Assembly (NCBI GenBank): GCA_963836235.1
Contig: CAWIIP010000002.1
Location: 1,664,001-1,728,000, forward strand
Direction: 5' to 3'
Origin: an uncultured Pseudomonadota bacterium
GTDB lineage: Bacteria; Oederibacteriota; Muellerivitia; Muellerivitales; Muellerivitaceae
Length of the DNA: 64,000 bases
Positions 47,971 to 56,732 of this stretch are shown one piece after another. Position numbers and translations under genes: made by a program. A model generated the notes under the pieces. That model saw nothing but the letters and a program-made list of their open reading frames with translations, was not told where the DNA came from and did no database searches. How positions within the stretch are numbered: position 1 is the first letter of the stretch; every line of letters begins with the position of its first letter.

Positions 47971-47972
47971 TT

Positions 47973-48362
47973 CTATTTTCCTTTTCTTTTTGCTTTAGGC
48001 GGCTTGGGCGTTTGGATCAGCGGCTCGGTGGTGTCGGTGGGCAAACCCGCCCGGGTCCAATCCAACAGCCCTCCCGGATAATGGTCCGCCTTAAAACCAT
48101 TGCCAGCTAAGATCTTGGCCGCGTTCAGGCCCAAGGTGCCTTCTTTATTCGCGCCGTAGGTAATAAAAGAAGTTTGCTTCCCGTATTTCCTTTTGGCCTC
48201 AATCGCGAAACTGCGGACGTTTGCGCCCAACGTCAGGCTTTGTGAATCCTTGATGTGAAGCCGGTCAAAATCACTTTCGGACAAAACGTTCAGCAGGACC
48301 ACGGCGGGGTCCTTCATTTTTTTTTGAACTTCTTCTTTCGTGAGGGGCGTCGGGGACTCCAT
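47973..48362 (-). CDS. Rhodanese-like protein lacking the active-site Cys
   Basis: LNVL...F..LHIKDS; ITYG; YPGGLLDW..AGLP. Confidence 0.8.
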   Translation of the reverse strand: MESPTPLTKEEVQKKMKDPAVVLLNVLSESDFDRLHIKDSQSLTLGANVRSFAIEAKRKYGKQTSFITYGANKEGTLGLNAAKILAGNGFKADHYPGGLLDWTRAGLPTDTTEPLIQTPKPPKAKRKGK

Positions 48363-48448
48363 GGGGCCAAGCTTTCCGGGGATTCTCCCTATACCATAGG
48401 CTTTTCGGGCCGGGTTGGGGGTTTTAAACTTGGATTTCGGGGCGGCCT

Positions 48449-48608
48449 TTACCGGGTGAAACCGGCGGGGAGTTTATCGTCACTTTAGGGCGTTTTCGAT
48501 CCCCTGTGCCGGGGATGGAAAAAGGAGCAGGCCCATCGGCCCGGTAACCTTCCTCTTTTCTAGTCCAATCCCACTGCACCAAGCCGTGGGGCTTGGTGCT
48601 CCCCGCCG
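48449..48608 (-). ncRNA. Candidate structured RNA (four-way junction plus pseudoknot)
   Basis: Closing stem 48463-71/48600-08, three inner hairpins, and loop 48540-47 complementary to 48449-56; strand inferred from flanking genes. Confidence 0.4.
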
Positions 48609-48625
48609 CGGACAACTTCCGATTT

Positions 48626-50395
48626 CTACTTCGTATGTTTTTCAATCCAATCGGTTATATATTCCAGCGCTTCCGGCGCGATGGCTTCAGTGACATCCGG
48701 AAATTCCTCTAAATCACCCGTGATGGCGTGCCGTAAAGGGTGATCCAAACCCGGAAAGACCTTGGAAGTAAATTCTGGATGCTTCCCTTCTTTTAAGGCT
48801 TTTTCGACGGCGGGAATATTGACATCGGGGGGGACTAATAAATCTTTCTCGCCGCCCACATCCAAAACAGGGCAAGCAACCTGCCTTAAGGCGGGACCCG
48901 GATCATATTTCTCCCAATGTTTGTAATAAGCAAAGGGATAGGGATATTCCGCCCAATTGGGCACCGCGCTTTGAAGTTCCATTAATTCTTTAGAATCGTA
49001 TTTCTTCGCCATTTCTTCCTGGATGAACTTGTGTATTTTAGATTTGGCCTCCTCTTCGGTCTTGGAGCCGATCACTTCATCCATCATTCGTTTATATATC
49101 CTTGTGTAGAAAGCGATGTATTCGTCGCCGCGCCTCTCCACCGTCCAACTCCTCAGCCACTCAATGAGGTCTTGGCTTTTACAATCCTGACCGAGTCCTC
49201 CCATCAATACGATAAAGGCAACATCTTTTGATCGCGATGCCACCAGGGGCGCGGATATACTCCCTTCGCTGAAGCCGATCACGCCGGCCTGGAGGGGATT
49301 CACCTCTTTTCGATTCTTCAAATATTTAAAACCGGCGCAGGCGTCGTCGGCAAAATCCCCGACCGTTGCCTTATTGAAATCTCCGGACGAGCTTCCCACC
49401 CCTCGTTTGTCATAACGCAATACCGCCAGGCCGTGCCTTGTCAGGTAGTCTGAAAGAACAAGAAAGTTATTTGGCCAACCATATCCATCCCGGTCGGGTT
49501 TTCCCGAGCCATTGATCAGCAATACCGCCGGGAAGGGCCCGCCCCGATGGGGAAGGGTCAGGGTTCCAGCCAAGGTGACGCCGGCTTGTTGATTGGTAAA
49601 AGTCACCTGTTCTTCCCGGTAAGGGAAGGGCCTTTTCGGTTCGTAATTCGCCGGCTCCCGGACCACTTTCCGGTTAAAGGCCAAGGTGAAATCGAAAACC
49701 TTCTTTTTCCCGGCCTTCCATTCCCAGGTTTTATCGATGGGTTCATTGTGGGAGAGGGTGACATAGAACCGCTCTCTCCATTTCGAGCTGTAAAGCGTCG
49801 CGCGAAGCCCTTGGGTCTTGAGCTTAACGGTTAATTTCCCAAACGTGGATGAAGGCCCCAATAAAAAAGGCCCGTCGGTATGCGCCAGATCGATTTCCCG
49901 GTTCGGAGGTTGGGTCTCAGGCAAGGTCCCCGGGATTGAGTCCATCTGGTATGGATCCCCGGCCCAGTCGTCGTATAAAAAATCTAATTGGGCGGTGACA
50001 CCGAGGATGGTAATCGGCCCCGTGGGGATGAGGGTGTAACGGACATGAATTCCGGATTTCAGGACCTTAATCGAGGTTTTTAAGTTGGCCGAAACATGAT
50101 TCGGCAGGTAGAACTTCACTTGTGTATCGGGAGATTTGCCTGAGACACCGTACCAACTGCGGCCATTGAAGCCCTGCCAGTTTTGGGATGAGTAAATCAA
50201 CGGTTTTATAAACATAACTTGCTTCATATTTTCCAAGACATTGATCGAGCCGTTGTCCAGGATTTGAACATGAAGGGGTTTACCCTCAACGGTTGGGGTG
50301 CTGTTGGCGGAATTCGCCTGCATCACGCTGGGGAAAAATAGGATGGTCCCGAAAAACAACCTTAAAGCGTATTTGAATTTTTTGTTGTTTTTCAT
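48626..50395 (-). CDS. Secreted alpha/beta hydrolase with an N-terminal beta domain
   Basis: LAGTLTLP, GSG..DRD, RYDKRGVG.S, GFSEG nucleophile, EKDLLV, GLDH. Confidence 0.88.
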   Translation of the reverse strand: MKNNKKFKYALRLFFGTILFFPSVMQANSANSTPTVEGKPLHVQILDNGSINVLENMKQVMFIKPLIYSSQNWQGFNGRSWYGVSGKSPDTQVKFYLPNHVSANLKTSIKVLKSGIHVRYTLIPTGPITILGVTAQLDFLYDDWAGDPYQMDSIPGTLPETQPPNREIDLAHTDGPFLLGPSSTFGKLTVKLKTQGLRATLYSSKWRERFYVTLSHNEPIDKTWEWKAGKKKVFDFTLAFNRKVVREPANYEPKRPFPYREEQVTFTNQQAGVTLAGTLTLPHRGGPFPAVLLINGSGKPDRDGYGWPNNFLVLSDYLTRHGLAVLRYDKRGVGSSSGDFNKATVGDFADDACAGFKYLKNRKEVNPLQAGVIGFSEGSISAPLVASRSKDVAFIVLMGGLGQDCKSQDLIEWLRSWTVERRGDEYIAFYTRIYKRMMDEVIGSKTEEEAKSKIHKFIQEEMAKKYDSKELMELQSAVPNWAEYPYPFAYYKHWEKYDPGPALRQVACPVLDVGGEKDLLVPPDVNIPAVEKALKEGKHPEFTSKVFPGLDHPLRHAITGDLEEFPDVTEAIAPEALEYITDWIEKHTK

Positions 50396-50410
50396 AAAGC
50401 CTCACTGACG

Positions 50411-51313
50411 TTAAAGCTTCGGTAGACAAACCAAATATTCCAAATGTTTCGCGATTTCGGGTGAAGCCGTAAATTCCAGGCCGAACTCCTTCTTGACCTG
50501 GCTCATGTCAAACAACATGGGGGTTGCGTCCCAGCCCTTGTCTTCAACCACGACCTTACTTTTAGAGCCCGTGATCTCAATAGCCTTTTGAGCCACCTTT
50601 TCCCATGTCACGAACTCAGTGGACAGGCCAAAGAATATCCGGCGGTTAAGATCGCTCTTTAAAACGGCGCTGTACAATTTCGCCAGGTCGCCCGCCCAGA
50701 TGAACTGGGTGCCGTCGTGCTTGGTGACCGTGATGGGTTCGTTCTTTTTCGCCGCCGCCGCGATTTGGTTGAAACGCTTGTCCGGTTGGGTGACTCCATC
50801 GGGATAGGCGGGATTGCCGAAGGTATAGCCGGGGCGGATAATGTTACAGCGTATCTTCGCTTTGGCCGCGAAGCCCAATAAATAGGCTTCCGAAGAGGCT
50901 TTGGTGGCCCCGTAAAGGTCTACCGGCCTGGGATCGATACTTTCGGTCATGTGGGGGCGGAATTCTCCAACCGCCGCCGTGGAAGAAGTGTAGAGAAACT
51001 GCTTCACGCCAGCCTCTTCCGCTTTCTCCATCAAAAAGGCCGTGACCACCGTGTCCTTTTGAAGCATGGTGGTGGGCGTTTCCCCCCAACCCAGGGCGAT
51101 ATGCACGCAAGCGTCACAACCCTTCAAGGCCTTTTCCATGATCGGCTGGTCATAGAGGTTGCCTTCCACGATCTCGACTCCGGCCAAGGTTTTAAGCGAG
51201 GGGATTTTATGGGTGTTACGGATAAGAAGACGAAGCTCATGGCCCTGGGCCAGAAATTCCTTCACGACCCAATGCCCGATAAAGCCGCTGCCGCCGGTTA
51301 AAAATATTTTCAT
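50411..51313 (-). CDS. NAD-dependent epimerase/dehydratase
   Basis: TGGSGFIG, TSS, YGATK. Confidence 0.9.
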   Translation of the reverse strand: MKIFLTGGSGFIGHWVVKEFLAQGHELRLLIRNTHKIPSLKTLAGVEIVEGNLYDQPIMEKALKGCDACVHIALGWGETPTTMLQKDTVVTAFLMEKAEEAGVKQFLYTSSTAAVGEFRPHMTESIDPRPVDLYGATKASSEAYLLGFAAKAKIRCNIIRPGYTFGNPAYPDGVTQPDKRFNQIAAAAKKNEPITVTKHDGTQFIWAGDLAKLYSAVLKSDLNRRIFFGLSTEFVTWEKVAQKAIEITGSKSKVVVEDKGWDATPMLFDMSQVKKEFGLEFTASPEIAKHLEYLVCLPKL

Positions 51314-51389
51314 CGTCCGATTCCCGCCTTTTGAGACCTTGATTGAAAAAAAACTATCCCCGCCATTATCCACTATTTTGGAACCGAAC

Positions 51390-52577
51390 TTATCGGGGCT
51401 TTTTAACCAGTGCCAGTGTCAAAAGACCCGCCAGGGCCGTGACCGCGAGGATCGCGGCCGTGGGGAGACAACTTTGGACGCTAAAAAAACCTACCCCCGC
51501 CGAGGTCAAGGACCCGGCCGCAATCTGGATGAAACCCAGCAGGGCCGAGGCGCTTCCCGCGTGATTGCCGAAGGGAGCCAGGGAGAGGGCCCCGGCATTG
51601 GGGTTTACCATCCCGGCGCAGGAGAGGGTGGCGAATAAGAAGACCAGAGTTCCCGCCAGGTTCAGCCAGCCCAGAAGAGCGAAAAGCACGAAGAGCATGG
51701 CCACTAGGCATTGGCCCAGCATGGCGACTTCCAAAATCCGCTCGCTGGAATAGCGCTTGAGAAGCCAGATGTTCACCTGGCTTCCCCCGATGAAGCCTGC
51801 CGCCAGGCAGGCGAAAATGGCGCCATAGAACTTAGGGCCCACATGGTAAAGTTCCAAAAAGATAACCGGCGAGCCAGCGATATAGGCGAAGAGGCCGGAG
51901 ATGGAAAGCGAACCCACCACGGCATAAACATGAAATTTCGGCTTTCGCAGGATCATGGCGAAGTTGGACAAGCTTTTGCGCGCGCTCAAGACGGCTTTGG
52001 GGTTGGGTTTGTGGCCCTCCGGCAAATAGAAAAAGGTGACCGCCAAGATCAAGCAGGCGATGGCGGCCAGGAGGATGAAAATCCAGCGCCAGCCCAGGGC
52101 AGTGGCGATCAAGCCGCCCACGGTGGGCGCCAAGAGGGGCGAGACGCTGAGGATGAGCATGAGCAGAGAGAAAACCTTGGCGCTTTCCTTCACCGGGAAG
52201 AAATCCCGCACCATGGCCGTGGAGGCTACCCCCGCCGCCGAGCCCCCCAAGGCTTGCAGGAAACGCAAGGCGATGAGAATTTCCAGGGAACTGGAAGCCA
52301 GGCAGCCCACTGAGGCCAGGATGTAAAGCACGAGCCCGAAATAAAGGGGCCTTTTGCGGCCAAAGTGGTCGAGGAAGGGCCCGTACAAAATCTGACCGAG
52401 CCCCATGCCGATGAAATAGCTGGAGAGCGAAAGGGAAACCCGCGCGGTGTCACAGCCCAGGGTTTGGGCGACCTGGGGAAAGGAGGGGAGGTACATGTCG
52501 ATGGAAAAGGGGCTCAGCGTAGAGAGGGCGCCCAGGATGAGGATGATGAAGGTGAGGTTTCTTTTTTGAGTGGCCAT
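51390..52577 (-). CDS. Bcr/CflA-family MFS efflux transporter
   Basis: PFSIDMYLPSFP, GP..D.FGRK, RFLQALG, SPLLAPTVGG, AGSASALLG. Confidence 0.92.
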   Translation of the reverse strand: MATQKRNLTFIILILGALSTLSPFSIDMYLPSFPQVAQTLGCDTARVSLSLSSYFIGMGLGQILYGPFLDHFGRKRPLYFGLVLYILASVGCLASSSLEILIALRFLQALGGSAAGVASTAMVRDFFPVKESAKVFSLLMLILSVSPLLAPTVGGLIATALGWRWIFILLAAIACLILAVTFFYLPEGHKPNPKAVLSARKSLSNFAMILRKPKFHVYAVVGSLSISGLFAYIAGSPVIFLELYHVGPKFYGAIFACLAAGFIGGSQVNIWLLKRYSSERILEVAMLGQCLVAMLFVLFALLGWLNLAGTLVFLFATLSCAGMVNPNAGALSLAPFGNHAGSASALLGFIQIAAGSLTSAGVGFFSVQSCLPTAAILAVTALAGLLTLALVKKPR

Positions 52578-52679
52578 GTCTGCCCGGGTGCTCGGGATGC
52601 CGATGGAATCGGTCTGACGTTATCAGGTATGGGAAGCGGACTGTCAACGGTCGGGGAAAGATTTTTGAACCGGCGGAGT

Positions 52680-53015
52680 TTAGGCCTGAGTGCCTTCTAC
52701 CGGCAAGCCCGATTCGGCCCATTCCTGAATGCCCCCGGCGTAACCTTCCGCCCTCAGGCCCCTTTTTACCAGGGCGTCCGCCGCTTCCTGGAAATGGCGG
52801 CAGGGGAAACCCGAGCAATAGGTGATGAAAAACTTGTCCCGGCCGTATGCTTGCTCGGCGGCAAGCGCGAAATCCTCCGGACGGATATGGACGATAGACA
52901 GGCTTTGGGAGCCCTTGATCCTCAGCATTTCATAATCGGTTTTGGGCAGGACATTCAGGACTACCACGTCCTTTTCCTTCATCTTTTCCAGAATCGCTTC
53001 CTTGGTGATCGCCAT
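52680..53015 (-). CDS. Rhodanese-like protein with CxxxxC active-site loop
   Basis: ITYCSGFPC; YAGGIQEW..SGLP; start 53015 by alignment with the paralogues. Confidence 0.85.
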   Translation of the reverse strand: MAITKEAILEKMKEKDVVVLNVLPKTDYEMLRIKGSQSLSIVHIRPEDFALAAEQAYGRDKFFITYCSGFPCRHFQEAADALVKRGLRAEGYAGGIQEWAESGLPVEGTQA

Positions 53016-53043
53016 GGAAACCCCCTTAACCTGAAAAGGCCTT

Positions 53044-53191
53044 TTAGCCGCAAATTGGCGCGGATTTAAGGCCAACCATCTTAAGAATTCGGATTCACCT
53101 TTTAGGGAAGAAGCCGCCTTTTGATTATCGTCTATCCTGGTTCTTTCAAAATTTTGAAAATCGGCGTTCATTCGCGCAAATCCGCGGCTAA
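53044..53191. repeat. Imperfect REP-like inverted repeat (CGCGGAT/ATCCGCG type)
   Basis: TTAGCCGCAAATTGGCGCGGAT... vs the reverse complement of the right arm, TTAGCCGCGGATTTGCGCGAAT... Confidence 0.65.
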
Positions 53192-53205
53192 TACTTTTTT
53201 TAGGT

Positions 53206-53757
53206 TTAATCGTCCGATTCCTCTTCCCCAAGGACCGCCTGGAGGGATTTCAAGAAAGGCCCGTAAGACCAGTCTCCGTCGTAGCGAAAGCCGTTCACGA
53301 AGAAGGTCGGGGTGCCGTTGACGCCGCTGCGGACTCCTCCCTCAAAATCGGTGGATACCCTTTCTTCCACCTCCGAAGCCGCCACGGCCTCATTCAGTTC
53401 CTCGACGTCCAGCTTTAGTTTCTCCGCATACTGGGTCAGGCTGTCCACGTCCAGGTTTTCCTGTTTCTCAAAAAGGATATCGTGCATTTCCCAAAATTTT
53501 CCCTGGAGGGCCGCCCCCTCGGCCACCTTGGCCGCGTTCAGGGCGTCGGGGTGGACTTCCGAAAGGGGGAAATTGCGGAAGACGAACTTCAACTTATCAC
53601 CCAAAGCTTTTTGGAGGCGCTTGACGATGGGGTAGGCCCGGCCGCAATGGGGGCACTGGTAATCGCCGTATTCCACCAGGACCAGGGAAGCTTTGTCCGG
53701 GCCCTGGAAATGGTCCTCCTTGGAAACCGGGATTTTGAGTTTGGGGGAGGGGCTCAT
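53206..53757 (-). CDS. DsbA-family thioredoxin-fold protein
   Basis: EYGDYQCPHC, FRNFPL..HP.A, FWEMHD.LF, GVNGTPTFFVNG; no signal peptide. Confidence 0.9.
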   Translation of the reverse strand: MSPSPKLKIPVSKEDHFQGPDKASLVLVEYGDYQCPHCGRAYPIVKRLQKALGDKLKFVFRNFPLSEVHPDALNAAKVAEGAALQGKFWEMHDILFEKQENLDVDSLTQYAEKLKLDVEELNEAVAASEVEERVSTDFEGGVRSGVNGTPTFFVNGFRYDGDWSYGPFLKSLQAVLGEEESDD

Positions 53758-54230
53758 GCTTTCTCCTTTTTCGAGAGGTTTTCCAGGGCGTCCAAGATGC
53801 CGTCGGCCCCCGGGTTGACCCCCACGGGGGACAGGTAGCTCCAGCGGATGATCCCCTCACCGTCGATGACGAAAAGGGCTCGCTCGCTGGTGCCTTCCAC
53901 TTCCCGGTAGGCCCCATAGAGCCTCGCCACATGGCCCTTGGGCTCGAAATCGGTGAGCAGGGGAAAGCGGTACTTCCGTTCCTTGGTGAATTCCAGGTGG
54001 CACCAGATGCCGTCCACCGAGATGCCGATGACCTCGGCCTGGTGCTTCTTGATCATGGGCAGGACTTCGTTATAGAGGGCCAGCTGGTCCCCGCAGACCG
54101 GGCTCCAGTCCGCCGGGTAGAAAACCAACACCACGTTTTTCCCCCTAAACTCGGACAGCGAAACCTTCTGGTCCGGGGTGGAAGGCAGGGTAAAATTCGG
54201 CGCCGGGGTTCCTTCTTTTAATATAGCCAT
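53754..54230 (-). CDS. Peroxiredoxin/redoxin (AhpE-like)
   Basis: FYPADWSPVC, GISVD, L.DFEPKG.VA..YG, ERALFVID; ATGA overlap with the DsbA-like gene. Confidence 0.88.
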   Translation of the reverse strand: MAILKEGTPAPNFTLPSTPDQKVSLSEFRGKNVVLVFYPADWSPVCGDQLALYNEVLPMIKKHQAEVIGISVDGIWCHLEFTKERKYRFPLLTDFEPKGHVARLYGAYREVEGTSERALFVIDGEGIIRWSYLSPVGVNPGADGILDALENLSKKEKA

Positions 54231-54244
54231 CGGGTTCTCCTTTT

Positions 54245-54499
54245 TTATATTAAACCCTTGCCCACGTCCGGGGACCGGGGCGGACCCAGGGAAAGGGCGC
54301 CCGAGGGGCACTTGGCCACCTGGTCCTTGATTTCCTGGCTAGAGGCCGCCAAGGGTTCGATCCAGGGTTTGCGGCGGGGGTCGAAAACCTTGGGCAGGCC
54401 CTCGAAGCAGTAGCCTGCGTGGAAACAAAGGTGGGGCTTCCAAACCACCGACAGTTCGTCGTTGGAGTAATGCTTGGTCATTTCCCTTTTTTTATCCAT
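54245..54499 (-). CDS. Divergent 4Fe-4S mono-cluster protein (YjdI-like)
   Basis: W.P..CFHAGYC..GLP.VF....PWI...CPSGALS. Confidence 0.8.
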   Translation of the reverse strand: MDKKREMTKHYSNDELSVVWKPHLCFHAGYCFEGLPKVFDPRRKPWIEPLAASSQEIKDQVAKCPSGALSLGPPRSPDVGKGLI

Positions 54500-54512
54500 G
54501 GTTTTCCCCCTG

Positions 54513-54704
54513 TTAATCCTCATCCAACAAAACGAATTCGGTCTTGGGCGCGTCGCAGGAAGGGCAGACGTTGGGCGGGTTGGAACCCCGGGGCATCAGT
54601 TCGCCGCATCGCAGGCATTTCCAAAGGATTTCGGTTTGGTCCTGGTTGGCGTCATAACGGTAATTGGGGGATAAACCGGATTTGACGGATGGCTTGGCTC
54701 GCAT
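54513..54704 (-). CDS. Small rubredoxin-like protein
   Basis: WKCLRCG ... PNVCPSCDAPKTEF. Confidence 0.75.
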   Translation of the reverse strand: MRAKPSVKSGLSPNYRYDANQDQTEILWKCLRCGELMPRGSNPPNVCPSCDAPKTEFVLLDED

Positions 54705-54727
54705 AACGAATCCCCCCTCTGAGTCAT

Positions 54728-55141
54728 TTAATCGGCAAAAAGCCTGATCTCGATGTTTCCCCGGGTGGCTTTGGAGTAGGGGCAAATCTGGTGGGCGGCG
54801 TTCATCAATTCCATCGTTTCCTCCGGCGTCAGGCCCTGGGCTTTTCCGCGCATCTCCACCGAGAGGAAATGGCCGCCCGCCTCGTCGGTGTTAAAGCTGA
54901 CCTTGGCGGTCATTTCCACGTCCCTGAGGTGTTTCATTTGTTTGGCGCCGATCGAGCGGAAGGCGCTCTCGAAGCAGGCGGAATAGCCCGCCGCGAAGAG
55001 CTGTTCGGGGTTAGTGCCCCCGCCGGGGCCGCCCATTTCCACGGGCCGCTTCAATTCGAAATCCAATATCCCGTCCGAGGAGCGGACGTGGCCGGAGCGG
55101 CCGCCATGGGCCGTCGCCGCAGCGGTATATTCGGTCTTCAA
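54728..55141 (-). CDS. ohr: Organic hydroperoxide resistance protein
   Basis: GGRSG, TNPEQLFAAGYSACF, AHQICPYSKATRGNI. Confidence 0.95.
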   Translation of the reverse strand: MKTEYTAAATAHGGRSGHVRSSDGILDFELKRPVEMGGPGGGTNPEQLFAAGYSACFESAFRSIGAKQMKHLRDVEMTAKVSFNTDEAGGHFLSVEMRGKAQGLTPEETMELMNAAHQICPYSKATRGNIEIRLFAD

Positions 55142-55254
55142 GGACGCCTCCTTTTTTCAACGGAAGGGAATCGAATGATGGACAGGATGCCTGCCCTGCG
55201 GGAAAAAGATCAAGATGGGGAAGAGTAAATATGAGTATCCAAGGAATTATCCCA

Positions 55255-55299
55255 AATAGAAAAAGCCCTTTCCGACGACCGGAAAGGGCTTTTTCTATT
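55255..55299 (-). terminator. Perfect 20-bp hairpin terminator after the VOC gene
   Basis: AATAGAAAAAGCCCTTTCCG-ACGAC-CGGAAAGGGCTTTTTCTATT. Confidence 0.88.
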
Positions 55300-55310
55300 A
55301 ACCGATCAGA

Positions 55311-55781
55311 TCAGGCCGGTGTGGCCGCCATCATGGCTTTCATGCGCCGTTCCAACTCATCAGGGGCCACATCCTCGATATGGGTGCCCAGGTGCCACTG
55401 GTGGCCGAAGGGATCTTCTAGGCTTCCCATGCGGTCGCCATAGGGTTGGTCCTTCAGGGGCCGGGTTTCTTTCGCGCCCGCGGCCAATGCCTGGTGGAAC
55501 AAATGGTCCACATCCGCGATATAAAGAAGGATGGAAACGGGGCTTCCACCCAGGGATTTGGGACTGTGGGTGCCCATCATCGGGGACTCGTCCGCCAGCA
55601 TGATGCGGGAATCGCCGATCTGGATTTCGGCGTGGCCCACCATGCCGTTGGGACCGTTCATGCGGTTTATCTCCTTGGCCCCGAAGGCCTTCTTATAAAA
55701 TTCGATCGCGTCCGAAGCCCCCTTGATCGTCAAATAGGGCGTCACGGTGTGGTAACCTTCCGGAATGGGTTTCACTGACAT
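55311..55781 (-). CDS. VOC/glyoxalase (PhnB-like) protein
   Basis: KPIPEGYHTVTPYL, FYKKAFGA, HAEIQIGDS..MLADE, YGDR.G...DPFGH.W. Confidence 0.92.
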   Translation of the reverse strand: MSVKPIPEGYHTVTPYLTIKGASDAIEFYKKAFGAKEINRMNGPNGMVGHAEIQIGDSRIMLADESPMMGTHSPKSLGGSPVSILLYIADVDHLFHQALAAGAKETRPLKDQPYGDRMGSLEDPFGHQWHLGTHIEDVAPDELERRMKAMMAATPA

Positions 55782-55958
55782 AGATGCTTCCTTCCGCCTT
55801 ATCCCAGGGATAAGACTTTAAATTGAATTGCTGGGGTTCTTTCTACCAAAGGGCAGCCCAAAAAGCACGGGACCCAAGTTACATTTCCCGAAAATCTTTT
55901 GGGGGATCTAAGGAAACTCACGATTTAAAGGAGGGTGGAAGGGGAGGTCGGCAGTCCC

Positions 55959-56309
55959 TTAATTATTTTTCTTTTCGCCGATCGACTGGATTTGCTCGCG
56001 CAGGTGCTGGTCCACGAGCATGAAACGGAGCCCGCTATGGTAGTCGTAGGACCAGATGATTTTTCCGTAGGCTTCCACGGATTTGTTTTTCCCGAAATCG
56101 AAATTTAATTTGAGGAGAAAATTTGGGTTGAAGGTTTGGGAAACCTCGAGTTGCAAGCCCTCTTCGCTGATGTCATTGGCCCAAGCCTCGATGGGTTTAT
56201 TTTGGATCTCGAAAATATTGCCTGAAAGGGAGGGCAATACCGGAAAAACTTGAACTGATTTTTGAAATTCAAAGCGATCAAATCTGCGTTTTTCCACGAG
56301 ATTTTGCAT
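55959..56309 (-). CDS. PilZ-domain protein
   Basis: RRFDR (RxxxR) and DISEEG (DxSxxG); start 56309 chosen. Confidence 0.8.
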   Translation of the reverse strand: MQNLVEKRRFDRFEFQKSVQVFPVLPSLSGNIFEIQNKPIEAWANDISEEGLQLEVSQTFNPNFLLKLNFDFGKNKSVEAYGKIIWSYDYHSGLRFMLVDQHLREQIQSIGEKKNN

Positions 56310-56732
56310 GTTTTTTCCGTTCAACTCGGTTTTTCCAAAGGGCCAGCGAACTACCAGCATTTTATCGTCCCGCTTCGATCTTTCCACAAAATTTACAAAT
56401 TTCCAGGCAGAAATATTCAGATTTTTCTCATTTCGTTTTTCTGAGCGCGAATCCTGAAGGTTGATCCGGCGGATGAGGATAAACCCAACTTCGGGCCGAA
56501 AGAACTTCAAACACTTTCCGAAGCCTCGTCTTATTTTATTGTCAAAATTTCACTCAAATCCGGCGCTTGAGAGCCATATTTCTACCAGTCCCCCTAAAAA
56601 CCAAAAATCAATTTCAGGATGGAAGCAGTGAAAGCAATGCTTTTGGGATGGCATGGATCATGCTTTTTGTTGAGGCTCTATATTGCAGGTTGCTATCGAA
56701 TATTTAGGCAAAAATATGAAGGAGTTTCCATT

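Noticed and set aside
48424-48645. 73-aa minus-strand ORF, and a cobalamin-riboswitch reading of CCGGGTGAAACCGG
   Set aside because: The ORF overlaps the hydrolase end with no motif; the AGGGAA, GCCACTG and B12-box elements are absent.
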